Source: Octopus bimaculoides
Lineage: Eukaryota
Assembly: GCF_001194135.2 (NCBI RefSeq)
Contig: NC_068981.1
Span: forward strand, 125,394,422-125,458,421
Direction: 5' to 3'
DNA length: 64,000 nt
Below, piece by piece: positions 10,386 through 22,770 of the stretch. Made by a program: the position numbers and the translations under genes. Position 1 is the stretch's first letter; every line of letters starts with the position of its first letter. A model generated the notes under the pieces. It had not been told where the DNA came from, made no database searches, and worked only from the letters and a program-made list of their open reading frames with translations.

Positions 10386-12692
10386 CTGGATAAAGAGAGC
10401 AAAGAAAAAAAAAAAGACAGTTATTTGCTACATTAATTTTTATGAATATATTTATAATACATATTGGCATTTCTAATACATAGCAATTTCCTTACTTTAA
10501 TCAGAAGAAACGTAGGAAAATGAAGCGAAAGGGAAAATTTTTGATAACATTCCCCTTTAAAATAAAGAATCAAGTTTATGTAAAACAAAGAAAGAATGTT
10601 TTTTCTTATGTAATTATCAATAAATTTACTTAGATCTGAACAGGTAGAGTTAATTGAGTTGAATCCATTGATTAGAATACTGGTAAAGTTCACTGATTAG
10701 AATAACTGACTAAGATGACATTGTTAAAATATTCTTAGCATCTGGTTGTTACAAAAATAAAGTTATAAGACTGAGCTATATAATATATTTGTCTAATTTT
10801 GAAAGTGTTTTATTGTGTCAGTATTTCAGTGATTTTCCACACTTTTGATTGAGGCTTAATAATCATCTTGTGGAGTATATTCAAATGTATTTGTCTGCAT
10901 TTAATTGAAAGCTGATAATTTCTTTCTACCTTCAGCTCAGTCTTTTTCAAATGTCTATCTAAATACCTCCATATATTTAAGTACTACATTTCAATCTCTT
11001 AAATGTTTAGTTGGCTTTTGATAAACAAGTGATTAGCTTGAAATTCCTTAACTAAAACATTATTTTCTTTTATATATTTTCGAACTTTCACTGTCTGAAA
11101 TGGTGTCATCTTAGCTTCATCAGTACTATGCTTCATGAACTTATCTCAGATGACAAATTATACATTCGAATCAAGTATAGAGCAGATCAGAAATTCCATC
11201 ATTCTTTTTTACTTATACATCAAAAATATGCATGCAAATCAAAAAAGAAACCAATCATATTAAACAAAGTAACTCCCAAGACAAAGAAAATGTTATAAAA
11301 CTGCATCTAAGACTATCTTTCTCCATCTGTTTATAAATACAGTTAAAACTGTGTGCTTAATTAGTTTCTAAATTGTCTTAAAACATGACAGCAGGAGATT
11401 TTAAGTGAAAGAAAGCTTATAATTTAAAATATCATTAACTTTACTATTTGAACATTTTTTTCTGTCAATCTATGCATTAGCACGCACTTCAGTCTCTTGA
11501 CACGAAAACAAATTATGTTGTTAATTCCCTTAATTTCACAAGAACAGAGTAAAGTAGGCAGCTTTTGAAATGACTTAAGAAATATCATGGAAGTTAGAAT
11601 TTGAAATTCAATTATTTAAAATATATTTTTATGACTACTATTACAGCGATAACAATATTACCTGCCATTGACTGCTAATTTTCTACACCTGTTCATAAGT
11701 ATCCATCATTCACCATTCAACTCCACTATTGATATACTAATCTACTAATATCTCTGAATTAACCTTTTCTCCTTACCATATTTCTATTGACATATACTGC
11801 CTTTGCTGCAATTAATTATGAAAATTACAAAATATTTAGTAAACTAACTGGTATTAAGAATATTAATTAGCATGAAATTTTCATGGAAGGTCTTAATTTA
11901 GATCACTTTAAACCAGAAAGCATGCATCATGGAACTGGGGGCTGCCTCAAAACACTGAAACCAATTAGATTTGATATGATATTGTTTTCTCTGTATATAC
12001 TGACCCTATTCAAGAAGTTCCTATTTCAGTAGAATCCATTAACATATTTCTAATGCATCTATCATGCTGTGAGATAACAAGATTTCAACAGTCTTTTCAT
12101 GTACTCTTTCTAGCTAATTTCCCTCCATGTTTTCTTGTTAATTCTTGACTTAATGCCAGCAAAGATATAAAATTTATATAATTCTGTCCTCCAGCAACCA
12201 AGTAACTTTTAGTTCTTCCATCATAATGTTGTCAAAAAATAAGAGACCCTTAAAATATTGAAAAGTCTTGAATGTCAGATGTTACAACCTTGCAAGACAG
12301 ACACTGAATACTATACTAAAGTAATATTATGTTACTATTACTTTTATATTCAAACAATGACCAGATGACCTTGAGGTCGTTATACTGCCACACAGCAATG
12401 GTTTCAAGCCATGCTACAATGAATACTTTGTTGTAATTTGGACAAGAGTCAATATTATGTTTAATTTAATGAAATCAGGTAAACACTTTACGAAAGACTA
12501 ATTAGCAGTAGGAAAGATATCCACCCAAATGTTAAAGTATTTAGTTTAGCATTTCATGTACAAATATCCAAATTTGCTAAACAACAGTTTACTCAGTATG
12601 ATCAAATACATAGGTGATAGTTTTGGTCAGTCATAACTATTTTAGTATAGACCTAACTGAGGTAAAACATTAAATCATTATTGCAGACCTTT

Positions 12693-13275
12693 AAGGCAGC
12701 AAGTTGGCAGAATTGTTAACACACCGGGCAAAGTACTTTGCAGCATTTAGTTCATCTTTAGTACTAAGTTCAAATTCTGCTGAGGTCAACTTTACCTTTC
12801 ATCATTTGGGGTTGATAGATTTTTTTATTGGCACTCCGTCGCTTACGACAACGAGGGTTCCAGTTGATCCGATCAACGGAACAGCCTGCTCATGAAATTA
12901 ATGTGCAAGTGGCTGAGCACTCCACAGACACGTGTACCCTTAACGTAGTTCTCGGGGAGATTCAGCGTGACACAGTGTGACAAGGTTGACCCTTTGAATT
13001 ACAAGTAGAAGAGAAAGTTGTGGTGAAAGAGTACAGCAGGGTTCGCCACCATCCCCTGCTGGAGCCTCATAGAGCTTTAGGTGTTTTTGCTCAATAAGCA
13101 CTCACAATGCCCGGTCTGGGAATCAAAACCATGATCCTATGACCGCGAGTCCACTGCCCTAACCACTGGGCCATTGCGCCTCCACAGGTGATAGACTAAG
13201 TACCAATGAAATACTAGGGTCAATGTAATCAACTAGTCCCCTCCCCCAAAATTTCAGGCCTTGCACCTATTGTAG
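12693..13275 (+). mobile_element. SINE family 2 interrupted by a family-3 SINE
   Basis: Head at 12693-12819; body resumes at 13187-13275 ('ctaagtaccaatgaaatactagggtcaatgtaatcaactagtcccc...ggccttgcacctattgtagaaaggattatt'). Confidence 0.8.
12830..13185 (-). mobile_element. tRNA-derived SINE family 3
   Basis: Reverse complement begins GTGGAGGCGCAATGGCCCAGTGGTTAGGGCAGTGGACTCGCGGTC...GATTCCCAGACC (A/B boxes). Close to the copy at 27450-27830; CpG retained. Confidence 0.9.
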
Positions 13276-13580
13276 AAAGGATTATTGCAAATCTTAGGCA
13301 AGAAATTAATACTTTATTGTAAATCTAAGATGTGATCTTAACAATTTAATGCATTAGTAATATAATCATTATAACCATCAGGTTCTTCAACTATATAAAC
13401 ATCCTTTATCTAACTTATATTAGGATAGATTCTATAAATTATGCTTTCAAACTATTAAAGTTATTACTGAGTAGTCCCAGACAGGTGTAAGTACAGGTGT
13501 CACATGGAAGAGGTTACCAAACAAAGCATACAAACAGAATTTCTCTCAGTAGCCACAGCATCTTTATTATAGACATATTA

Positions 13581-14795
13581 CATTGGTCAACAAAGAATTT
13601 GTCTCAAGAAAAAGATTACCTGCATCTTGCATGTTTTTGCATGGAGAATTCAAAAATAATGTCAAATTATCTGTATCATCCATAATTTCTCTGTTCCACG
13701 ATATCCCTCTCAGTTCCTGTTACATGGGCTAAATTTCAGTTGAGCTGTTGAAATGTGAAGCTAATAGTTTAAGAAATACTCCTAATTTAAACACCTATGA
13801 ATAGAATTAACCTAATGGAATCATAAACCTAGCTGAGTCAATGAGTCACCGAAGCTTGGCAACACTGAGCCAATGAGTCACCGGTGCTTTGTCAGTGCTG
13901 TGCTTGAAGTGTAGGCATATATACTAAGTTCACATATTCCACTCACCTTCATAATATCAAGAAACTATAAACATTGCAAACAACTTTTGCTATTTTTGTG
14001 GTGACTTAACATTCAAGTCACAAAGACGGCGTTTCACGCCATTGATCACCCTTTCTGTTCCTCTGGCCCATGCAGCTAACATGAAGGAAACATATGAGTG
14101 TATGAAGCTTCTGTTGCAAAAACTTAAGTATGAGAAACATAAGTGGAATATCTGTGGTGACCCAAAGGTTGTGGCACTTTTACTTGGAATGCAGCTGGGT
14201 TATACCAAGTTTTGTTGCTTTCTCTGTGAGTGGGACAGGTGGGATAAGAAAAATCATTATGAAAAGAATGTGTAGCCAAAACAATCTCTGACACCTGGAC
14301 AGAAAAATGTCATCAACCCTCTCCTCGTTGATTCTGAGAAAATTTATCTGCTACCTTTACATATTAAGCTAGGGTTGATGAAGAATTTCATCAAAAGTAT
14401 GGATAGAATTGGCAAGGGATTCACATGTTTGGAAACTAAATTTCCAAGAGTAAGTGACGTAAAAACCAAGGAAGAATTTTTGTTGGGCCACAGATTAGGG
14501 AGCTGATGAGAGACCAAAAGTTTGATGAAGAGCTTAATGATGTTGAAAAAGTTGCGTGGCTGTCATCATACAAGGCCTTAAGATGAATTATGAGTCTAAA
14601 AATCCACTTCTTGAACTTCCACTTGGACTTTTTCCCTGTTAATCTTGGAGCTGTCAGTAATGAGCATGGCGAGAGGTTTCATCAGGACATTCTGAACAAG
14701 GAAACCCAGTACTAAAGAAAGTGGAGCTCTTCTATGTTGGCTGATTATTGTTGGTCACTAAAACAGGGATGTTCTGGAAGCTAAATACAGGTGAA
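13581..14795 (+). mobile_element. Internally deleted Chapaev3-like (CMC superfamily) DNA transposon pseudogene
   Basis: N-terminal piece NFCYFCGDLTFKSQRRRFTPLI (13954-14048) joins SVPLAHAANMKETYE...ICGDPKVVALLLGMQLGYTKFCCFLCEWD...PLHIKLGLMKNF...FVGPQIREL...HLDFFPVNLGAVSNEHGERFHQDI...MLADYCWSL, with stops and frameshifts. Possible left end 'cattggtcaacaaagaatt' at 13581. Family assigned from recalled motifs. Confidence 0.8.
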
Positions 14796-15014
14796 ATTTT
14801 TTTTTTAAAGAAAGCTAGTAATTGCCATGAGGGTCTCACTATTTCCATGCTCACTATCTCCATGTTGTCTGTATGAAAGGCCATTGACTTAAGCCAATAT
14901 AGCATGGCTCCAATGTGATTGCAGACACTGCTGCCAGAACATAGCACCAGAAAAGACAACCCAAGGCCAACCATCTATGTCCTGTTATTTGTATTTGTGT
15001 AACATTCTCCGTTT

Positions 15015-15261
15015 TTTTCCCGTCCTTGTTTTCATATACATTTGATGCTTTCTTCCAAGGAATCTAATGCTCTTAGCTTAGTTTTTCCGTGGGGCTGGCC
15101 AGATTGGAGCAATCTCGATATAACCAGCAGAAATTGCAAAGATAATCTGGAACTCGACTGAGGAAAGAAAACTCCGAATGACCCGTCCTTGTTTTCTTTG
15201 TATTGTTTGTCTGGATATTTTGTTGTCCCTTTTTTGTATCACCAAACTGTCTGGATGTTTT
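15015..15261. repeat. Unclassified interspersed repeat, copy 1
   Basis: 'ggggctggccagattggagcaatctcga..taaccagc.gaaattgcaaagataatctggaact' recurs at 40888-41085. Confidence 0.85.
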
Positions 15262-15329
15262 NNNNNNNNNNNNNNNNNNNNNNNNNNNNNNNNNNNNNNN
15301 NNNNNNNNNNNNNNNNNNNNNNNNNNTAT

Positions 15330-15830
15330 ATATAACCCCTGGACTTATTCTTTGTAGGTTTGGTACTTATTCTATCAGTCTCTTTTGCCAAATCACTAAG
15401 TTACGGGAAAGTAAACACACCAACATCGGTTGTCAAGCAATGATGGAAGGACAAACACAGACACAAACACACAAATATATATATACGAGCTTCTTTCAGT
15501 TTCTATCTACCAGATCCACTAACAAGGCTTTGGTCAGCCCAAGNNNNNNNNNNNNNNNNNNNNNNNNNNNNNNNNNNNNNNNNNNNNNNNNNNNNNNNNN
15601 NNNNNNNNNNNNNNNNNNNNNNNNNNNNNNNNNNNNNNNNNNNACACACACACACACACACACACACACAGAGGGTACCTCTTGGTTTCTGCCTACCAAA
15701 TCCACTCACAAAGCTTTACTTGGCTTGGGGTATAGTAGAAGACTCTTGCCAGAGATTTCACACAATGGGACTGAACCCAGAACCATGTGGTTGGGGAGCA
15801 AACTTCTTACCACAAAGTCACCCTTGTGCT
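15330..15830 (-). mobile_element. SINE family 1 copy or copies spanning a gap
   Basis: Antisense tail A at 15335-15540; antisense head and body at 15680-15830. Confidence 0.75.
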
Positions 15831-17099
15831 TAATATATATTTATATATCAACATTTAAAATGTATTTTTAAAAATGCACACACACATGCATACACTCAAT
15901 GAGCAGAAACAATGTTGTATAGAGAGGATTCTCTAGTTCCGGGGGGTCACATGATAACTACACCCAGCCCATGCTATAAGTAGTTGGTGATAAAAAGTGC
16001 ATCCAGTAGCAAAAAAACATGCTAAAAATAACATGACATACATGATATTTTCTATTTTGTAGTATGCCTGATCATGATAGAATGAGATGAGAAGCAAGAT
16101 ACTGAAACATATATTTTGGTTGTTGTAGTAAAAATGTTTTTTTGGTGGGTCAGTTCCTTACATTTATGGCTATTGTACCTCACTTTAAGCTTTGACTCAT
16201 TATATTTAATTATTTGAACTTTCATACATTGACAACAATGCTTTCAGATTCACATTCTTAGTCCATCCAATAATTTCTCTCCAGACATTTGTTTATAAAT
16301 ATAGTGAAGACAATGCAATATTCATTTTATGGCAAAACAATATTTTTTTATGGCAGAACATAAAGATATTCCAATAAAATATTTTTCTTTTTTAACATAG
16401 TATATTCAGAGGTATATAAAAAAAAATATAATCTTACATCTAAATTAATTATATCACTAAATACAGTTTTCTCCATCTAAATTTAATCATTTATACCAAT
16501 TATTAATGCCCACAAAATAGAAAGTATGATATTGTTAATAGTCTTACATCTTGACATGTTTAACTGATTCATTACAATTATGTTTAACATTTAAAATTAT
16601 GATCAAGAAAAAATATATTCTTACCAAGATGAAGATGACAATAATAATGACAATAATGACAATGACGATAACAATAGCATGTGATGGCATTGACAAAGTC
16701 ATGAACATGAATGTCACAAGATACCATTAGATGGGATTTGGGCAGACATGCAATAACCAATTGCCTAGCATTCTGCAATCTACTTTGTTTTACTTCCATT
16801 TTACCACAGCCTAACATAATTCTAAAAACAATTAATTCCTCATATCATTCATAAGCAGAACTCTTGCAATTTACCATTTACTCACCACAGATGATTTTAA
16901 TTCTCAACCCTCCTTCACATCACAGACAAAGTTAGCTAGACAACTAAGGAATGATATTTCACACAATAATTCCACTTTTCAATCTAAGAGATGAGTGCCA
17001 TACTTGGCAACATTGTACCTTTTTCTATTGAATTCAAGAATAAACAGAACATTTGTGAATTAGTCATTTAAGTACATTGGTAATTGAAGCATTTCTCAT

Positions 17100-17600
17100 T
17101 AGGTGAATGGATTTCTTCTAGATTTGGTCTTGAATGTTAGTGCAAAGCAGTTCTTAAAGCATTGTAAATGATATGCAACTGATTGAGGTTTAAGTGTTTC
17201 TTGACTGTAAAGAGGAATTCTAGTCTGTGATGAAATTATGACAGCTGTATATATGTGGATTTACTATGAGGGATCCTTGGAGATTGTAAGTACAAGCATG
17301 TGTAAAAACTTTTGAGGGTTTTTACTGTGTATTATACATAACTAGATCCATGAGGTATAAAACACTTTCTTTGGTATGCATGACTGAATATTTGTACTGT
17401 TGAAGAAACAATTATCATGCCTTCAATGTAGTATAATCTGAAGGTTTTCTGTTCAGAGAGTCAATGTAGGATGTTTAGGTTGCAAGCAGATGATGCATGT
17501 TTCCAGATGGTAAAAAAAGAATGTGGTATAGTATCAGCTGCAAAAGTGTGAGTGTTGTTGGAAGTGGTAAAAAACACAAGTTTCCAAAGTTTTATGCCCT
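17100..17600 (-). mobile_element. Highly degenerate CR1/L2-like LINE RT relic
   Basis: Reverse complement gives HTFAADTIPH (cf. YADDTTLH) followed by interrupted coding-like sequence. Confidence 0.35.
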
Positions 17601-18211
17601 CTGCACCATTAATCCCACTCAGTAATGACACAAAAGTAAAGTATGTTTCTATTCAGTCAGACAAAATGAAGTAACAGAGTTATGTGTCTTGCTTAGATAC
17701 AAAATGAACTAAACTGATACTAATCATTTTCAGTCTAGATTTATAGAAACAGGTAAAATATAAAATTGAAAAAGTAATCAATGTGTTATATGTGAAGTTA
17801 GCAAAATGTAAATAAGTGAATTTTAAACTCTGGCCTATGAGTCACATGTCAATATCCTTTGATTGTAGTTATTAACATAAAAAAAGAGAAAACTCATCAT
17901 AATTATCAACATTTGAATGGTCATTTTTCTTTGTAAGTACATGCTGGATGGCTGTACAATATATCATATCAGGTCTTTTCTCATCTGACATGGAGCTAAG
18001 TGTTCTATCTGATCACTTCTTACAACTTATTTGATTCTCCTATTTCTTGAGTGCTCTCCAACATCAACATACAGCACTTTGTTTATTCATATTCACATCT
18101 ATACAAATAGTTTTCTCTACTGTTCACCTGTAATTTTTCATACATTGATTTTCATTTATCACCCCCAGAACCTCACTACTGGATAGACTAGTAGTATGCA
18201 AAGTTCTATCA

Positions 18212-18214
<3 letters not shown>

Positions 18215-18303
<89 letters not shown>
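18215..18303. repeat. (TG)n microsatellite
   Basis: Seen directly in the sequence. Confidence 0.97.
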
Positions 18304-18305
<2 letters not shown>

Positions 18306-19129
18306 AATCAGGTCAATAGAGTGGCACATCAGTTTACTGCAGTTATTTCCCATGATAAGAAATGACTCCAATATTGCAAACTAACAAAATACTTACTCAT
18401 TCACTATACTTCCTGCTTGTAGCAAGATGTAAAATTATCTGTTTAACAGTCTCACAAGCCTTTATATGTAAATGCACACACATACATACATACATGCACA
18501 GACAGACTGAGAGACAGGCAGATATATATAGATATATTAATGGTTGCTGTTATGTATAGTTATATCTAAAAACATTAACTTGTTGAAGGATCATTCAATG
18601 TGCTAAACCAAAATGAATTTTGAACTGTCAACATTTTCCATGTAAAATTAATAGCATATAATTCATAAAAATAATAATTTATGTATATATCATCATCATC
18701 ATCATCCATCTGCCTAAGGGACTGCATTGTAGTCCAGTGTCTACTTTAGCATGGTTTCTACAGCTGGATACCTTTCCTAATGCCAGCCACTTTACAGAGT
18801 GTACTGTGTGCCCCTTCCATACCCTACCATCAGTGAAGTTGCCAACTTGATCATAATTTCCTACTCTAAGCTGGCCTTTGTTAAAGCTACATCATTGGCT
18901 AGTTTCTCAAAGTGTGTGTTCCAAATAGTTAGAGCAGTTGCATCTCAGAACTTCAGGCAGAAACAGAAGCAGAAGACAGTACAGAGAAGCAGATATGGAA
19001 ATTAAAAGATATTGCTGCCATGAATAGGTTTAGAAAAATTTTAGTTGATGCATCTGACTGTAAGGAGAAAGATTTTGATATGTGCAACATCAATGACAAC
19101 TAGAAATTTCCATGGAATAACCAATTTAG

Positions 19130-20345
19130 GGTTATAAATTAGACATGCAGCTGGAGTAAAATCCCAACCAAACTAAAGATAACATAGCAGTGAAATGACA
19201 CTGTTGATAGAGCAGTAAAAACAAAGAGAGGCTAAGAGACAAGCTTGGAAAACCTGGAAGGAAAGTGGTAGTAGGGAGCATTATTGAATTGCTCAAAGAG
19301 AAGCTAGATGACAGTTAAATTTGGCTGAGGGTGAGATCACTAAAAGAGATTTTCACATGTTCTACATGAGGCCCAGAGGCATGAATGGTTCAGGATTGTG
19401 AGACAGTAAGAAAGAACCAAAACATCATTGACAAGATATGTATTTGGAATTATGAATGTATACTTGCCAAGAAAGTGGCATGGAAGTGCTATTATGAGAG
19501 GCTGCTAAACGTGAAGAAAGCATGAGATAAAGAGGGGCTACCTCATACTAATGCTAGGGGGGGATTAGCAATTCAAGTTGACAGCAGTGTAGTAGATTAA
19601 GTGATTAAAGACATGAAAAGAAGGAAAGCTCTGGATCTCTCAGGGATAGGCATGAAGATAATCACAATATCTGTGTACTTGATCAGTCGCCAGATACTCA
19701 ATCAAGTAATACAGGAAGGTGTCAAACTAGGCATAGCAGTATCATCATATACTCCCACAAAGGCAAAAGAGATGCCTTAGAGAGAAGTAACTGTGAAGTA
19801 ATCAAACCACCAGATTAGGGTATGAATGTCACTGAAAAGTCATGGCACAATTCACTTATGACAGAAAAGACCTAGTTGAGATGCAGTTTGATTCCATGTC
19901 CAGAAGAGGCATCGAAGATGCAATTTTGTTGGCAAGGTAACTGCAGGAGAAATAACTTGGCTAGGAATAAACCACTATTTCTTGCTTTCATTGACTTGGT
20001 GAAGGCATTTGACAAGATAGCACTGAGGAAACTAAGTGTGAGGGCTGTATAAAGATGTGGTTAGTAAAAGTGAGAGCTAGTAACTATTTCATTGGTGAAT
20101 GTAGCATGAAGATTCAAGTTCATTAAAGGTCAGTCCTCAGTTCTCACCTTGTCATCAATGTTTTACAGGCCATCACAGACGAGTTTAAGACTGGAGGTCT
20201 AAGAGAACTCCTATACGCTGATGCTCTAGTTCCCATATCTCCATCTATAAGAGAATTAGAGAGGAAATTCCAGGTATGGAAGTTAAACCTAGTATCAAGA
20301 GACCTTAAGGTAAACTTAACAAAGACTAAGGCTTTAGTAAGTAGG
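19130..20345 (+). mobile_element. RTE-clade LINE ORF2 relic (RT domain)
   Basis: Interrupted frames give KRQAWKTWKESGSREHY, AWKCYYERLLNV, FIDLVKAFDKI, GSVLSSHLVINVLQAITDEFKTG, ELLYADAL and LKVNLTKTK. Confidence 0.85.
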
Positions 20346-20377
20346 GAAGAGAGTCACTGCTGTAACTTACTTATCAA

Positions 20378-20765
20378 CAGTGTATATATGTTAAGTATGA
20401 CACAAGGATGGCTATTTTAATTCAACACTGCTTCAAGATCATATACCAGATTTTAATTCAGCCAGGTAGCTATTTGCAACATTAATAAATTGTTTTATTT
20501 ATTGTTTCCTATATTGGAGGCAATGAATTCTCATTCAAGTATGTGACTGGCTGTGAGTACACATCACTGAAAAGACTTAAAAAGGCTGAAATGCATCAGG
20601 TATTCTCACTGGCCACTGCTGGAGCAATTTTTCATCTCATTCCAGTATTTGCTCTGTTTTTAACACAGTACAGCCATATGTGATGTTATCTTGGGATGAA
20701 TACCACAGTAACTGGCCTATCAGTGGTGTTTATACATTAAGTATGATACATAGATAGCTATGTAT
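20378..20765 (+). repeat. ~350-bp interspersed unit, arranged A-B-A'
   Basis: Homologous to 44305-44645, where the block order is B-A. Confidence 0.75.
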
Positions 20766-20924
20766 ATAGTATATATATGTCAGCATTTAATCATTTGTTT
20801 GTATTTTTCCAGGCTGTCAAGATCTGCAGTAAAATACATCACAGTATATATTAATGTTCTGTCATTATCTTTATTTTTGAGGTCCTGCATCTTATGATCT
20901 GATCTCAATATTTTCCCAATATTA

Positions 20925-21135
20925 AGGTGGAAAGCTGGCAGAATTATTAGTATGCTGGGAAAAATGTTTAGTGGCATTTTGTTTGTCTTTACATTCTGAG
21001 TTCAAATTCTGCTGAGGTCAACTTTGCTTTTTGTTCTTGCAGGGTTGATAAAATAAATACCTGTTGATTGATTTAATCAACTTAACCCATTTCCCAAAAC
21101 TGCTGGTCTTGTGCCAAAATCTGAAACCAAAATTT
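20925..21135 (+). mobile_element. SINE family 2
   Basis: 'aaggtggaaagctggcagaattattagtatgctgg...gagttcaaattctgctgaggtcaac...ggtcttgtgccaaaatctgaaacc'. Confidence 0.85.
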
Positions 21136-22274
21136 TCCCCATATCAAATTTGGCCTTTCTCTTCAGTGCAATCCTTCCATTGTCAGTACATCTTATTTTT
21201 GTCCCTCACAATTCTCATCATTCATTCATATCATATCATATTGCAGCCATCTTGCCTATATATATATTACGTGAATGTGTTACATCAATTGTTCCTTCAT
21301 ATTAACTTTTTCACACAGATTATCCTTCCACATTTAAAAGATCATACTGAATTATGTTCTCATCATATCAATGCAAATCTCCCATTTTCAGTGCCAATAT
21401 TTCCATAAGATGTGGCATGACAATCTGTCATCCAGTTTAACACCAACACCACTATATAGTCATTGAGTACCTTTAGCAGAGACCACACTACTCTGCAAGT
21501 AAATGGGCCAGGTCTTTGGTCTGAGGATAACTTCCTCCCTGCCTCCTACCAACTCCAGAGGTCCTGGAGGTAAAAAAAAAAAAAAAGCTATGAGTAGTCT
21601 TGCTCCTTTAACTAGCCAATAAAAAATTCACACATTACACAGGCTCCCTACTATCTATAATACATACATACATACATACATACATATTTATATATATATA
21701 TGTGCATACTTTCATACCTCCATATCTATGCCTGTGAGAATGTGCATGTGTATCTAAATGTATGCATTTAGTTGATGCAACCAGTTAATGCTGAGAGTTT
21801 GCCGGTGATAAGACACTTCTAGTGCTACATACATTATTGTAAGTTCTATAGACTGGAAGCAAATCAGGGTTAGCATTTCTTCAACAAGAATTTAAAATTT
21901 ATTCTTTTTTTAAATACATAAATGTAGGTATTAAAAATAAATAACAAAGAGCATATATCCATTATATATTATATATATGCATGTATGTACACACTATCAG
22001 TAATTTAATTTTGAAAGGAATGTATCTGTGAAGCATTATTTTGAGAGGAGTGTAAAATTTATTGACAAATTTGCCTATATTTATAAAATGTATATTATAG
22101 ATGTGGACATGAGAAATTTCCTTATGACAAACACACTGATCATAATGATGGTGATGAAATAGGACAGTTTCCATGAAATTGCAGCTAGCATAAATATCAA
22201 AGGATGAGCTTAGAAATTGTACATCTCTAGGAAAGAAAGTTAAAAAATTTACTCAAGCAGTTACATATTTGAAA

Positions 22275-22428
22275 TTAACCAATGGTTGAATAGAAATGTA
22301 GACATACCAGTTCAGCTGCCTCTCATACAACTACAATAACAAACTGTAACCAATCGGTAATGTAGAGAAAGCTTCAGTGGAAATCTATCAAGGCTAAATT
22401 TACGCTATTTCACATTCAAATCGGAATC
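22275..22428. promoter_or_regulatory. Candidate bidirectional promoter
   Basis: CCAAT boxes near 22279 and 22350; repeated AATCGG; local CpG excess in a CpG-depleted window; no TE similarity; divergent splice donors on the two sides. Confidence 0.45.
22308..22380 (-). other. Candidate non-coding first exon of the FAM20B-like gene
   Basis: Minus-strand donor CTG|GTATGT at 22307 beside a CpG/CCAAT-containing segment. Splicing to the acceptor at 10385 is inferred; the upstream boundary is approximate. Confidence 0.4.
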
Positions 22429-22529
22429 ATGGATGAAGAATTGCTGTCGAAGAATACTTCCAAAATGGAGGAAGAAAAGGATGAGATAATGTTTACATTT
22501 CCTCAGAATCGGTCCGGATTTCAGCACAG
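22429..22529 (+). CDS. Candidate first coding exon of an unidentified gene (MDEELLSKNTSKMEEEKDEIMFTFPQNRSGFQH-R)
   Basis: Good Kozak context (aatcATGG), open frame, donor AG|GTTAGA in phase 2. Confidence 0.55.
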
Positions 22530-22724
22530 GTTAGATATCTAATTCTTTTGTTTATGGAAAGCATGCATTTCACAGTTGGTTTAGAAGACTAGTTTAATAG
22601 AGAGAAGAAAGCAATTCAGTTGAAAGATACACACAGCACAGATGCTTCAGAAAAGCAAAAATCAATTTAGTGTTGCCTATCTATATAGTAGCATTGTATA
22701 TAGAGAGATGTGTGTGTGTGTGTA

Positions 22725-22770
<46 letters not shown>

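Noticed and set aside
15135-15195. CTGAGGA...GAA hammerhead-like core in the unclassified repeat (also near 40950-40990)
   Set aside because: GAAT instead of GAAA, no room for stem III plus UH, and stem I pairs in only one copy.
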